Virus record (IMG/VR): IMGVR_UViG_2778261447_000003
Source of the DNA: a virus
Lineage: Duplodnaviria > Heunggongvirae > Uroviricota > Caudoviricetes
Strand: one strand, 5' to 3'
DNA length: 22,063 nt
Position 1 is the stretch's first letter; each line of letters opens with the position of its first letter. Below the pieces are notes generated by a model, which was given only the letters and a program-made list of their open reading frames with translations, did not search any database and was not told the origin of the DNA. Of this stretch, positions 1 to 7,990 are shown piece after piece. The translations under genes were made by a program, and so were the position numbers.

Positions 1-120
1 AGCTGATAGAAACAGAAGCCACTGGAGCACCTCAAAAACACCATCATACACTAAATCAGTAAGTTGGCAGCATCACCATGGGCTTCATATAAATATGCTC
101 GATATGCTATTAATAATATC

Positions 121-157
121 CACATAAATAAAACAACGGGCGTGTTATACGCCCGTT
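121..157 (-). terminator. Intrinsic (rho-independent) terminator downstream of the icd 3' fragment
   Basis: Perfect 9-bp stem aacgggcgt (135-143) / acgcccgtt (149-157) with 5-nt loop; on the minus strand the hairpin is followed by a T-rich tract (GTTTTATTTATG). Lies directly 3' of the icd stop codon at 181-183. Confidence 0.7.
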
Positions 158-180
158 TCAATATTTAACACATGGAGAGA

Positions 181-345
181 TTACATGTTTTCGATGATCG
201 CTTCACCAAACTCTGAACATTTCAGCAGCTTAGCGCCTTCCATCAGACGTTCGAAGTCATAAGTTACGGTCTTGGCATTGATTGCGCCTTCCATACCTTT
301 AACAATCAGGTCAGCCGCTTCAGTCCAACCCATATGGCGCAGCAT
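181..345 (-). pseudogene. icd: Isocitrate dehydrogenase 3' fragment (54 codons plus stop), the copy displaced by prophage integration
   Basis: Minus-strand translation gives [54 protein letters not shown], which I recognise as the Icd C-terminus. An in-frame TAA lies immediately upstream (349-351), so only the 3' end is present. Sits next to mcrA, as the icdC fragment does at the e14 end in K-12 (recalled, not searched). Confidence 0.85.
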
Positions 346-350
346 TAGTT
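340..350. other. Approximate prophage/host junction (att core) inside icd
   Basis: Icd-coding homology stops abruptly at about 345-351 and is replaced by AT-rich non-coding sequence. The exact core cannot be defined without the other prophage end. Confidence 0.5.
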
Positions 351-577
351 AGATGACTAAATCGTAACTATTTGACATAGCAACATAATTTTACTAATTT
401 GCATATAACTCATTAGCCCTTAGCATTTCTATAACTCATTGATTATAAACATGTGTTTTTGAGTTTTGATAACCATTTTTAGCATAAAAATAGCAGTTAA
501 CATTTGCAGAAGTTAAGATCAGAAAAATTTTTACCCTGTAGGGTATTACGTCTTAAATGTGACTTTAATAAATAATT

Positions 578-1411
578 TTATTTCTGTAATCGGTTTATAT
601 TAACGTAAAGCATCTCGATTAGTTCTTTTGCATTTTTACTATAGTGCAATTCTCTATGGCAATTCGGACAAAGGGCAACACAGTTATCTGTTGTATCAGC
701 ACCACCTGAAGACAGGGGAATTACATGATGCACTTCCAAATATGGGTTTCCATCATTTAAATAAAACGGAGCATTTTTACCACAGTTTTCACATATACCT
801 TTACTTTGCTGTAAAATCCAAGCTTTTACCATCGGGTCTCGGACATAAACTTTTTGTAGTCTTTCTACCTCAACTGGTTTCCTGGAGCCCTCGGGTTGAC
901 TCAACGTTTTCTTAATTAATTTACTAACCCTCATATTCAGAAGCGATTCATCATCTGTAGGCTGTGAAAGCTCTGATAGTTCTCCACGTATTATAGACGC
1001 CCAAAAACTGTCACTATAAATACCTGGAACATTTATCAATATTCGTTTCGTTCTATTGCCGGAAGGAATTTCCTTTCTCCCCGTACGACTAAAATAAGCC
1101 TGATAACCACACATCTTCAAGCGTATATCGCGGGGGCTATTACCAATCAAAGAAAAATATTCACCAGGATGGATTTTTCTTTCATCCAAAGAATGCATAT
1201 GTTTTCTGACTGATGATGACGCCAGATATACTACGACTTGGGATACACCAGAATCAACCAACCGTTCAATGATATAATCAAGAGCGATATTGTAATCTTT
1301 GTTTCTGTCACCCGGCCCCCACGACTCAAGGATTAGACCATAAACACCATCCTCTTCACCTATCGAACACTCAGCTTTCAGTTCAATTCCATTGTTATCA
1401 AAAACATGCAT
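578..1411 (-). CDS. mcrA: McrA, 5-methylcytosine-specific HNH restriction endonuclease (277 aa)
   Basis: Complete ORF with ATG start. C-terminal HNH motif CENCGKNAPF...EVHHVIPLSSGGADTTDNCVALCPNCHRELH. Length and position next to pin at the prophage end match e14 mcrA (recalled). The gene is AT-rich relative to the structural module. Confidence 0.88.
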   Translation of the reverse strand: MHVFDNNGIELKAECSIGEEDGVYGLILESWGPGDRNKDYNIALDYIIERLVDSGVSQVVVYLASSSVRKHMHSLDERKIHPGEYFSLIGNSPRDIRLKMCGYQAYFSRTGRKEIPSGNRTKRILINVPGIYSDSFWASIIRGELSELSQPTDDESLLNMRVSKLIKKTLSQPEGSRKPVEVERLQKVYVRDPMVKAWILQQSKGICENCGKNAPFYLNDGNPYLEVHHVIPLSSGGADTTDNCVALCPNCHRELHYSKNAKELIEMLYVNINRLQK

Positions 1412-1517
1412 AATATTAATCTTTAATCAATTTTTCACGACAATACTACTTTTATTGATAAAATTGCAACAAGTTGCTGTTGTTTTACTTTCTTTTGTAC
1501 ACAAAGTGTCTTTAACT

Positions 1518-2072
1518 TTATTTATCCCCTGCAGGAAACCTCTTATACAAAGTTGACACACCAACATCATAGATAATCGCCACCTTCTGGCGAGGAACTC
1601 CTGATGCAATTAATCGTCCGGCCTGTTCCCATTGTTCTGGTGTAAGTTTGGGACGACGTCCACCAATTCGTCCCTGTGCGCGAGCAGCTTCCAGTCCAGC
1701 TTTTGTTCTTTCAACAATCAGTTCACGCTCCATTTCAGCCAGGGCACCCATCACATGAAAGAAAAAGCGCCCCATTGGGGTACTGGTATCAATTGAATCC
1801 GTCAGACTACGAAAGTTGATGCCTCGTTCGCGCAACTCCTCCACCAGCACGACAAGATGCCGCATACTGCGCCCCAGTCGGTCCAGTTTCCAGACCACCA
1901 GCGTATCACCTGCCGATAATGTCCTGAGCAGTTTTTTCAGTCCCGGCCTTTCGGACTTTGTACCGCTTATCTTGTCTTCAAAAATCAGCTCGCATCCTGC
2001 ACAGTTCAGCGCATTACGTTGTAGATCTGTGTTCTGGTCATTTGTTGACACACGTACATAGCCAATAAGCAT
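1518..2072 (-). CDS. pin: Pin/Gin/Hin-family serine DNA invertase (184 aa)
   Basis: N-terminus MLIGYVRVSTNDQ contains the catalytic serine motif of small serine recombinases; a helix-turn-helix lies at the C-terminus. I place the start at the ATG at 2070-2072, which has an AGGGAG Shine-Dalgarno about 8 nt upstream, not at the track start 2108. Adjacent to inverted crossover sites. Confidence 0.9.
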   Translation of the reverse strand: MLIGYVRVSTNDQNTDLQRNALNCAGCELIFEDKISGTKSERPGLKKLLRTLSAGDTLVVWKLDRLGRSMRHLVVLVEELRERGINFRSLTDSIDTSTPMGRFFFHVMGALAEMERELIVERTKAGLEAARAQGRIGGRRPKLTPEQWEQAGRLIASGVPRQKVAIIYDVGVSTLYKRFPAGDK

Positions 2073-2126
2073 GGTAGATCTCCCTGACAAAAGCAGGAAT
2101 GATGCCATTTGCTCGTTATTTCTGCA

Positions 2127-2152
2127 TTTTCATAAACGTTGGTTTGGGAGAA
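2127..2152. repeat. Invertase crossover site, left (hix/gix/pix-like 26-bp site)
   Basis: ttttcataaacg-tt-ggtttgggagaa. The inner 14 bp (2139-2152) are a perfect inverted repeat of 4012-4025. Resembles the hix/gix 12-2-12 architecture (AAAACC..GGTTT). Confidence 0.75.
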
Positions 2153-2650
2153 GGCTCTGCATTACCTGTTGGGGTTCCTGTTCCGTGGCCTTCAGCCACT
2201 CCGCCAACAGGCTGGCTGAAATGCAACGGAGCAGCTTTTTCTGCTGAAGAATACCCGGAGCTGGCAAAGGCTTACCCGACAAATAAATTGCCTGATTTAC
2301 GTGGTGAGTTTATTCGTGGCTGGGATGACGGACGTGGTATGGATACGGGGAGGGCAATATTATCCGCTCAGGGCGATGCCATACGTAATATCTATGGTGA
2401 GTTCAAGACTGTAAACACCGAAAATTATTCAATATGGGAATCAGTAGGCTCGTTTAAGGGGGCAGTAGTGCCTTTGAACCCCTCAACGAACAATAGTTAT
2501 TTCTCCTTAATCAGAAGTATGGTGACAGAAAGAACAGATGGCGCTGTTTACCCAAAAGTGATTGGCCTTGATGCTTCAAGAATTGTTCCAACTGCAAACG
2601 AAAACCGTCCTCGTAACATTGCCTTTAATTATATCGTGAGGGCTGCCTGA
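2141..2650 (+). CDS. Silent alternative tail-fibre C-terminal cassette (variable receptor-binding part), expressed only after inversion
   Basis: Frame is continuous from the crossover site. Encodes LPVGVPVPWPSATPPTGWLKCNGAAFSAEEYPELAKAYP, the phage tail-collar type motif of Mu/P2-type fibre C-termini. The ATG at 2099 in the ORF track lies outside the segment and is probably not a real start. Confidence 0.65.
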   Translation, partial: GLGEGSALPVGVPVPWPSATPPTGWLKCNGAAFSAEEYPELAKAYPTNKLPDLRGEFIRGWDDGRGMDTGRAILSAQGDAIRNIYGEFKTVNTENYSIWESVGSFKGAVVPLNPSTNNSYFSLIRSMVTERTDGAVYPKVIGLDASRIVPTANENRPRNIAFNYIVRAA

Positions 2651-3252
2651 TGAATAAAGCCGTATTAAATAACGAACTCATTGCCATAAAAGCGGGAGTC
2701 ATTACCATTTATAATTATGATGGTGAAACGCGGGAATATATTTCCACATCAACTGAATATCTTGCGGTTGGCGTCGGTATCCCGGCATGTTCTTGTTTAG
2801 ATGCACCAGTTACACATAAAGCTGGTTATGCAATCTGCCGTTCTGCAGATTTTAACTCATGGGAATATGTGCCAGACCATCGCGGTGAAATCATCTATAG
2901 CACCGAAACAGGAGAATCGAAAGAAATCACAGCTCCGGGTGATTATCCTGAAAATACAACCACTATCGCCCCGTTAACGCCATACGATAAATGGGATGGT
3001 GAGAAATGGGTGACGGATACCGAGGCACAGCATAGCGCCGCAGTAGAAGCGGCAGAAGCACAGCGCCAGTCGCTGATTGATGCTGCAATGGCTTCCATCA
3101 GTCTGATTCAGCTGAAATTACAGGCCGGGCGGAAGCTGACGCAGCCAGAAAACACCCGACTTAACGCTGTGCTGGATTATATTGACGCGGTGACGGCAAC
3201 AGATACCAGCACAGCGCCGGACGTCATCTGGCCTGAACTGCCGGAGGCGTAG
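2650..3252 (+). CDS. Tail fibre assembly protein (Tfa/gpU-like, 200 aa), alternative orientation set
   Basis: Start ATG overlaps the stop of the upstream cassette (TGATG). C-terminal motif DYIDAVTATDTSTAPDVIWPELP is typical of Tfa chaperones. Possibly the tfaE counterpart. Confidence 0.8.
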   Translation: MNKAVLNNELIAIKAGVITIYNYDGETREYISTSTEYLAVGVGIPACSCLDAPVTHKAGYAICRSADFNSWEYVPDHRGEIIYSTETGESKEITAPGDYPENTTTIAPLTPYDKWDGEKWVTDTEAQHSAAVEAAEAQRQSLIDAAMASISLIQLKLQAGRKLTQPENTRLNAVLDYIDAVTATDTSTAPDVIWPELPEA

Positions 3253-3664
3253 GCCATTCAATATCTGGCGCACCGGAAGTATCGACCAGTTCCAGTGCGT
3301 CCAGATAATCCAGCCACAAATTATATTGCGCCAGTTCCTCACCTTTCAGGCGACCAATCGCCGCTTTACCAGGCCATTGCTTACTGTTTATGTATTCGTT
3401 GACCTGATTAATCAATTGCTGCTTTTCCAGTTCGGCTGCGGCAATTTGTTCCTCATGAGTTGGCGGTGGAATATCAATCCATGCAGGCATTCCGTCGATG
3501 ACACCTCTGTATTTTCCTTCTGGTGCTTCCTTCATAAATTCGGCGGCAACAGTGTCGTCAATTTCGATTCCATCACCGGGCCATTCGCCGGATTCCTGAT
3601 AAGCGATTTTAAGCTCCACAGGGAAAAACGCATTTTTATCGGCACTGAAAATATATTTCTGCAT
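3224..3664 (-). CDS. Tail fibre assembly protein (Tfa/gpU-like, 146 aa), currently expressed set
   Basis: Immediately downstream of the tail-fibre gene. C-terminal motif WLDYLDALELVDTSGAPDIEWPTPP. Its 3' end overlaps the convergent tfa gene by 29 nt. Confidence 0.8.
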   Translation of the reverse strand: MQKYIFSADKNAFFPVELKIAYQESGEWPGDGIEIDDTVAAEFMKEAPEGKYRGVIDGMPAWIDIPPPTHEEQIAAAELEKQQLINQVNEYINSKQWPGKAAIGRLKGEELAQYNLWLDYLDALELVDTSGAPDIEWPTPPAVQAR

Positions 3665-3666
3665 TT

Positions 3667-4314
3667 CTACCGTCCTATCGAAATATAACTGAATCTGTAT
3701 TGCTGTGAGATATCACTGGTTGCCACACGCCACGCTGAATTACTGATATGTTCAAAATTTACAGACAAAACCTGCGGGGCAGGATTCGACGGGTCTGACT
3801 GAACGGCATCAGACATAACACTGACTGAAACCATCGGCTGATTAGGGAATGGTATAGGGAAGTGTCCACTGATAAAGCGGGTCGTGTTTCCTGAAAAAGT
3901 GCCAAACTGAACAATATATCCACCTGGTAGCCTGAACCATCCCGAACCAGAAGCGAATGCTCCCATATCCGGTATCTGATTATCTCCTGTGCCCACATTC
4001 CGTTTTGCCGCTTCTCCCAAACCAAGGTTTTCGAGAGCCGTTTTCACCGTGCCATCCGATTTGATATCGCCAAACGGATTCTTGCGGCTTAACAGCAGCG
4101 CACGAAGCGCGGTAAGCAGCTGGTCGTGCCGCGCCTTCTCCAGGCTGGCACCGGATGCCTCCACCACGCTACAAAGCTCTTCCTGCAACATGTCAAAGTA
4201 GTCATCATCCAGATCGGTGGCAGGCGTGCCGGTCTGGGGGTTGCCACGGGTAAAACCGTTCTTACCCGCGCCGAACTTATCCTTCTGCGCGGTTTTCGTG
4301 TCTATGCGATGCAT
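3667..4314 (-). CDS. Tail fibre protein (215 aa): constant N-terminus of about 97 aa fused through the right crossover site to a variable C-terminus
   Basis: ATG at 4312-4314 with GGAG Shine-Dalgarno. The crossover site is read in frame as ENLGLGE. Synteny places it between the baseplate genes and tfa. Possibly the stfP counterpart. Confidence 0.7.
   Translation of the reverse strand: MHRIDTKTAQKDKFGAGKNGFTRGNPQTGTPATDLDDDYFDMLQEELCSVVEASGASLEKARHDQLLTALRALLLSRKNPFGDIKSDGTVKTALENLGLGEAAKRNVGTGDNQIPDMGAFASGSGWFRLPGGYIVQFGTFSGNTTRFISGHFPIPFPNQPMVSVSVMSDAVQSDPSNPAPQVLSVNFEHISNSAWRVATSDISQQYRFSYISIGR
4012..4037. repeat. Invertase crossover site, right (hix/gix/pix-like 26-bp site)
   Basis: ttctcccaaacc-aa-ggttttcgagag; its reverse complement is ctctcgaaaacc-tt-ggtttgggagaa. 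The inner half is identical to the left site; the outer half is close to the hix consensus. Confidence 0.75.
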
Positions 4315-4317
4315 GGA

Positions 4318-4902
4318 TTACTCCGGATATTTAAAAATTACGTAGGTATGAGACGGACAGAGTTTGTTAAGCACACATTCGACAACGGTGTCGCCCCAGA
4401 TACGCAGTGCGGAATCACAGGGATCGCCACATGTCATCCAGGTGGTGTTTGTGGCGGCTGGCATGTTGACCTGCCAGTAATACCGCCATTCCGGCGCATT
4501 CACCGCGTCAGTACAGGCCGATGAGCAGGTGAACGTGCTTTTGTCGTATCGCGTGATGGTAGCGTCTGGTCTGCCCAGGGCAGCAAGCTGTGCAAGATAA
4601 AAATTCTCGTTGATGCCGCCCGCCAGGTTAACCTTCGCATCCAGCCGTTGCTGACGCTGGCGAAGGGTCTGTGTCCCTGCGGGAATACATTCATCCGGCA
4701 GACCGCACAGACGCTCCCAGCGGTTTATCAGTTCAGTGGTGGTGCGCGGATCCAGCTCCCGCATCAGGGCATCCGCACGCTGATGAACGCGGGTTAATGA
4801 CGGTGCCGCACCGGCAATCGACGGATCGCTGGCTGACCACGCCGGACCGGGGGGCAACAGTGCCGACAACAGACGGATGTAATCATCGTTTGTCACGTCC
4901 AT
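4318..4902 (-). CDS. Mu gp48-like tail/baseplate protein (DUF2313 type, 194 aa)
   Basis: Cys-rich C-terminal region. Position between the baseplate J-like gene and the tail fibre gene. Resembles e14 YmfQ (recalled). Confidence 0.6.
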   Translation of the reverse strand: MDVTNDDYIRLLSALLPPGPAWSASDPSIAGAAPSLTRVHQRADALMRELDPRTTTELINRWERLCGLPDECIPAGTQTLRQRQQRLDAKVNLAGGINENFYLAQLAALGRPDATITRYDKSTFTCSSACTDAVNAPEWRYYWQVNMPAATNTTWMTCGDPCDSALRIWGDTVVECVLNKLCPSHTYVIFKYPE

Positions 4903-5951
4903 GAAATCGTCCCCAGTACCGCCAGTTCATTTTTTGCAATGGAGATATTGTCTGCCGGTGCAAGCAACTGATGGCTGTATTCCCCGTTCGCACCGGAAAT
5001 CGCCTCACTGATACGCGATACCTTCAGTTCTCCCTGCGGATAACCATCACGCAGCAGGAACGAACGCAACTCCGCGGTGATGGCAGCCCGTATTTCCGGT
5101 GTGTCCGGCGTCACGCGGATATGAAAATCCACCGTATGTGCCACCGGCCTGAACACATACAAATCAGAGCCTGCCACCGGGGCCAGTGGCCCGATATGTT
5201 GTCTTGCCGCCGTTTCCGTTGATTCTTCCGGAATGGGATTAATCAGGTCACTGCTGGCAATCATCACACCGACAGTTCCCGTTCCCATCCAGTGACGGTA
5301 TGTCCATGCGCGGGTAATGCCGGGCACTTCTTTAGCCCAGACGACATAGTCCCCGTCAGCCCCGCCCTGCGGCGTCCAGTAATACCGCTCAATGACGCGG
5401 GCGCGCCACGTTTCCAGCTCTTCAGTATCAAATCCGCCTGTCAGGGTGTCAGCCACACCGGAAGACGGCAGACCATTCACCGGCGTGACCAGGATTAATG
5501 CCGTACCGTCGTCAGCGTTACCGACCGCGCCTGCACTTGAGCAGGCGATCGGCACGCGCAGGACACCACCGGAGCTGGTTGCATCGGCAGTTGCCGTGTA
5601 CTGAACCAGGTCATCGCGCTGAATAACACTCCCGGCGGTCACCTTCAGGCCATCGCTGACACCTTCCCAGCGCATATACCCGCTGGCAGCCGTGGCCCCC
5701 TTGCGCGGACACCGTTTCATCGCAGCATGTCGCGCCAGCCAGGACTCATCGCACAGGTCAGGCAGCATGTTCATTGCCAGATAATCGATGTACCCGTAAA
5801 CCGTATGCAGCGCCGCCGCATACACCTTTGCCCGCACGTCTTCATCCATGCGCCGGAGCGTGTCGCTGACGTCCAGCCTGGCGAATAAATCGTTACGGAG
5901 CATACTGATATTTTCTGCCAGCGTCGGGCGCTGAAATTCACTGTCCGCCAT
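4893..5951 (-). CDS. Baseplate J-like protein (Mu gp47 / P2 gpJ family, 352 aa)
   Basis: Size and position in the baseplate cluster; overlapping start and stop with neighbouring genes indicates an operon. Confidence 0.7.
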   Translation of the reverse strand: MADSEFQRPTLAENISMLRNDLFARLDVSDTLRRMDEDVRAKVYAAALHTVYGYIDYLAMNMLPDLCDESWLARHAAMKRCPRKGATAASGYMRWEGVSDGLKVTAGSVIQRDDLVQYTATADATSSGGVLRVPIACSSAGAVGNADDGTALILVTPVNGLPSSGVADTLTGGFDTEELETWRARVIERYYWTPQGGADGDYVVWAKEVPGITRAWTYRHWMGTGTVGVMIASSDLINPIPEESTETAARQHIGPLAPVAGSDLYVFRPVAHTVDFHIRVTPDTPEIRAAITAELRSFLLRDGYPQGELKVSRISEAISGANGEYSHQLLAPADNISIAKNELAVLGTISWT

Positions 5952-6366
5952 GCGTTATCGCACTCCACAGATCATCAAAAGAAATCATTACCGGTCCGTC
6001 ACGACGCCAGAGGGTGATACTGTTACCCAGTTCATTAATCCCGGTGCGGCGGATATCCAGATCAATACGGGACACCACGCCGTCATCAATCATCCATTGC
6101 AGGCATTCGCGGATATACCCCCTTACCGTCAGCACCAGCTGATTGGTCAGTTTGCTGCGCTGAAGCAGCCACAGTCGGGAGCCGTAACGGTCATTCTGTA
6201 CCGCAGGCCAGGTATCCCCCCACCATCCCATCGGGACGTCGGCGTTGTCATCAGGCTCCGCCCGCCGCCAGGTAAACAGGGAAATCACCACGGCGCGGGT
6301 CAGCGGATCCAGCGGTGCGCTGGCGCAGGTGCGTTTACCGTTCACCGTCAGCCACAGTTCCATCAT
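5938..6366 (-). CDS. Mu gp46-like baseplate protein (142 aa)
   Basis: Small protein between the spike and J-like genes; Mu-like gene order. Confidence 0.6.
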   Translation of the reverse strand: MMELWLTVNGKRTCASAPLDPLTRAVVISLFTWRRAEPDDNADVPMGWWGDTWPAVQNDRYGSRLWLLQRSKLTNQLVLTVRGYIRECLQWMIDDGVVSRIDLDIRRTGINELGNSITLWRRDGPVMISFDDLWSAITHGGQ

Positions 6367-6911
6367 GCCTCCATCGCTTTATCAGGTTTGTCGGTGTTAC
6401 TGCCCTGACCGTTCTCTCTGTGACGATGCCCGTTATAGGCAAGCCGCATCGCTGACATGGTGGTGCCGCTGGAGTCGCACAGGTCTTTCACCTGTCCTGT
6501 CACTTCCAGGTCCATTTCAAAACGTGCTTTAGGTGAATTGCGAAACGTGATCGTTTTACCTGCACCGTCCACCACGATCCCCTCCCGGGTCAGCGTCACG
6601 GACTGCCCCTGATCGTCATAGACAGCCACCTCACCAGTCTGCAGCCCTTTCAGGCGGTAGCGCCGGTCCGACACCGTAACAACCACCGCATGAGAACGGT
6701 CACCATCCGGAAACAACACCACCGCTTCCGCACCGCTGTTTGCTCTTGCGGTAAAACCGTAGGGTTCAAGATGTTCAACCCCGGCTTTGGGTTCACCGGC
6801 AATCAGGGACACATCCACGGTCTGACATTTCGTGGCGGCACTGATGCTTTTCACCACCGCCCGCCCAATCAGGCCGAGGAGTTGTCGCTGTATGGTTTCA
6901 ATCGCCTTCAT
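6363..6911 (-). CDS. Baseplate assembly/spike protein (Mu gp45 / P2 gpV-like, 182 aa)
   Basis: Synteny and size. Start overlaps the stop of the upstream gene. Confidence 0.65.
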   Translation of the reverse strand: MKAIETIQRQLLGLIGRAVVKSISAATKCQTVDVSLIAGEPKAGVEHLEPYGFTARANSGAEAVVLFPDGDRSHAVVVTVSDRRYRLKGLQTGEVAVYDDQGQSVTLTREGIVVDGAGKTITFRNSPKARFEMDLEVTGQVKDLCDSSGTTMSAMRLAYNGHRHRENGQGSNTDKPDKAMEA

Positions 6912-7990
6912 CAGAACGGGTCCTCCTGTACTCTGGCTTTTTTCTTTTTCCGCGCGCCGGGGGCTTCGGGTTCAGGCAGATAAGCATCAGGTGGGCCGAC
7001 ACGGATTTCCGTCAGGGTGCCATTCTGGTCCTGAGTAAACGTGACTTCCGAGACAAGCAGTTCGGTATTGTCGAAACCACAGACCGGATCGAAGACAATC
7101 ACCCGCTGGTTGGGCTGCCACAGCGTACCGTTACCCTGTCGCCAGCCCTGCACCACATAGGTGGTTTCATCCGTCCGCGCCGCCCGTTGTCGGGCTTCAA
7201 AGTCAGCACGCGCAATACAGCCTGCCCCCGTAGCCTGCCCTGTCTGCCTGATATACATCGGACGGTAACGGGCAATAAATGCATCCTCTGTGCGGGCCCG
7301 CAGCGCGGTGGTGGTGGCCTCACCGAAATCATCGTCGTTTCCGGCACGCTGCCCCGCCACCTGGTAAACTGAAAACCGCTCCCGGATACTCTTCTCCGTA
7401 TCACAGGAAAGGATGTTTTCCCCAAGTACCAGCGCGGTATGTGCCTGCGTTGAGCCAATACCACCAATCACCAGCCTGCCGTGCGGGTCGTCATAAGCCA
7501 GCGCCTGCTGCTGACCGAGTATTTTGTTGATCACCTCGATCACCGTTTCACCGTGATCAGGCTGGACATCCGGAATAACACCCGACGGCGCATCGCTGTT
7601 CACCACCTCAATGCCGAAAGGCGCAGCAAGCGCCTGCGCAATCTGTACCAGCGATCGTCCGTTAAACTGTGTCGGTTCGGCTGCACAGTCAATCAGGTCA
7701 GCAGTCAGACTACGTCCGGCAATACCGGTGCTGACCGAACGGGCATCGTAACGAACGGGGGTCGCCTCCACCCAGCCGGTGATCACCAGCTCATCACCAA
7801 TCAGCACTTCCACTTTTGAACCATTTTTAATGCGCGGCTGAAGCGTGGTGATACCCTCATCACCCGGCCACTGGCGGGTGATCTCCACGCTGAAATCCCG
7901 CGCCAGCCGTTCAATACCGGCACCGATGCGCACCGATGTCCAGCCATTCCACTCCCGGCCATTTACCCGTAGCGTGACATTGTCGTTCAT
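6911..7990 (-). CDS. Baseplate hub / late control D-like tail protein (Mu gp44 / P2 gpD family, 359 aa)
   Basis: Size, Lys-rich C-terminus (ARKKKKARVQ), and position after the DNA circulation protein gene. Confidence 0.7.
   Translation of the reverse strand: MNDNVTLRVNGREWNGWTSVRIGAGIERLARDFSVEITRQWPGDEGITTLQPRIKNGSKVEVLIGDELVITGWVEATPVRYDARSVSTGIAGRSLTADLIDCAAEPTQFNGRSLVQIAQALAAPFGIEVVNSDAPSGVIPDVQPDHGETVIEVINKILGQQQALAYDDPHGRLVIGGIGSTQAHTALVLGENILSCDTEKSIRERFSVYQVAGQRAGNDDDFGEATTTALRARTEDAFIARYRPMYIRQTGQATGAGCIARADFEARQRAARTDETTYVVQGWRQGNGTLWQPNQRVIVFDPVCGFDNTELLVSEVTFTQDQNGTLTEIRVGPPDAYLPEPEAPGARKKKKARVQEDPF

Larger units (their letters stand above)
2139..4025. other. Invertible tail-fibre host-range segment (P-region/G-segment-like), about 1.9 kb
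   Basis: Bounded by the two crossover sites. Contains two divergent sets of tail-fibre C-terminus plus tail-fibre-assembly genes, with the invertase gene immediately outside. The reading frame across both sites is compatible with fusion to the constant fibre N-terminus. Confidence 0.75.

Noticed and set aside
181-345. Possibility that this is a complete, functional icd gene
   Set aside because: Only the last 54 codons are present and an in-frame stop lies immediately upstream; it is a displaced 3' fragment.
628-915. 95-aa plus-strand ORF inside mcrA
   Set aside because: Antisense to the McrA coding sequence; low-complexity, AT-rich translation; no support.
1412-1517. Sigma-70 promoter for mcrA (TTGCAA ... 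TAGTAT-like hexamers) and a small gcaac-aa-gttgc inverted repeat
   Set aside because: Spacing and hexamer matches are weak and AT-rich DNA yields many such matches by chance; not reportable without transcript start data.
1427-1609. 60-aa minus-strand ORF spanning the pin 3' end and the mcrA upstream region
   Set aside because: Overlaps the invertase C-terminus in another frame and runs into the AT-rich mcrA promoter region; likely spurious.
2073-2108. 12-codon N-terminal extension of the invertase ORF (track start at 2108)
   Set aside because: Serine invertases begin at MLIGYVRVS; the ATG at 2072 has a Shine-Dalgarno, and the extension would encode non-conserved residues.
2099-2140. ATG at 2099 as start of an independently expressed 183-aa tail-fibre protein
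   Set aside because: The frame runs straight through the crossover site; the cassette is better explained as a promoterless alternative C-terminus fused to the constant fibre N-terminus after inversion.
5950-6408. 152-aa plus-strand ORF
   Set aside because: Antisense to the gp46-like and gp45-like genes; no ribosome binding site; shadow ORF.
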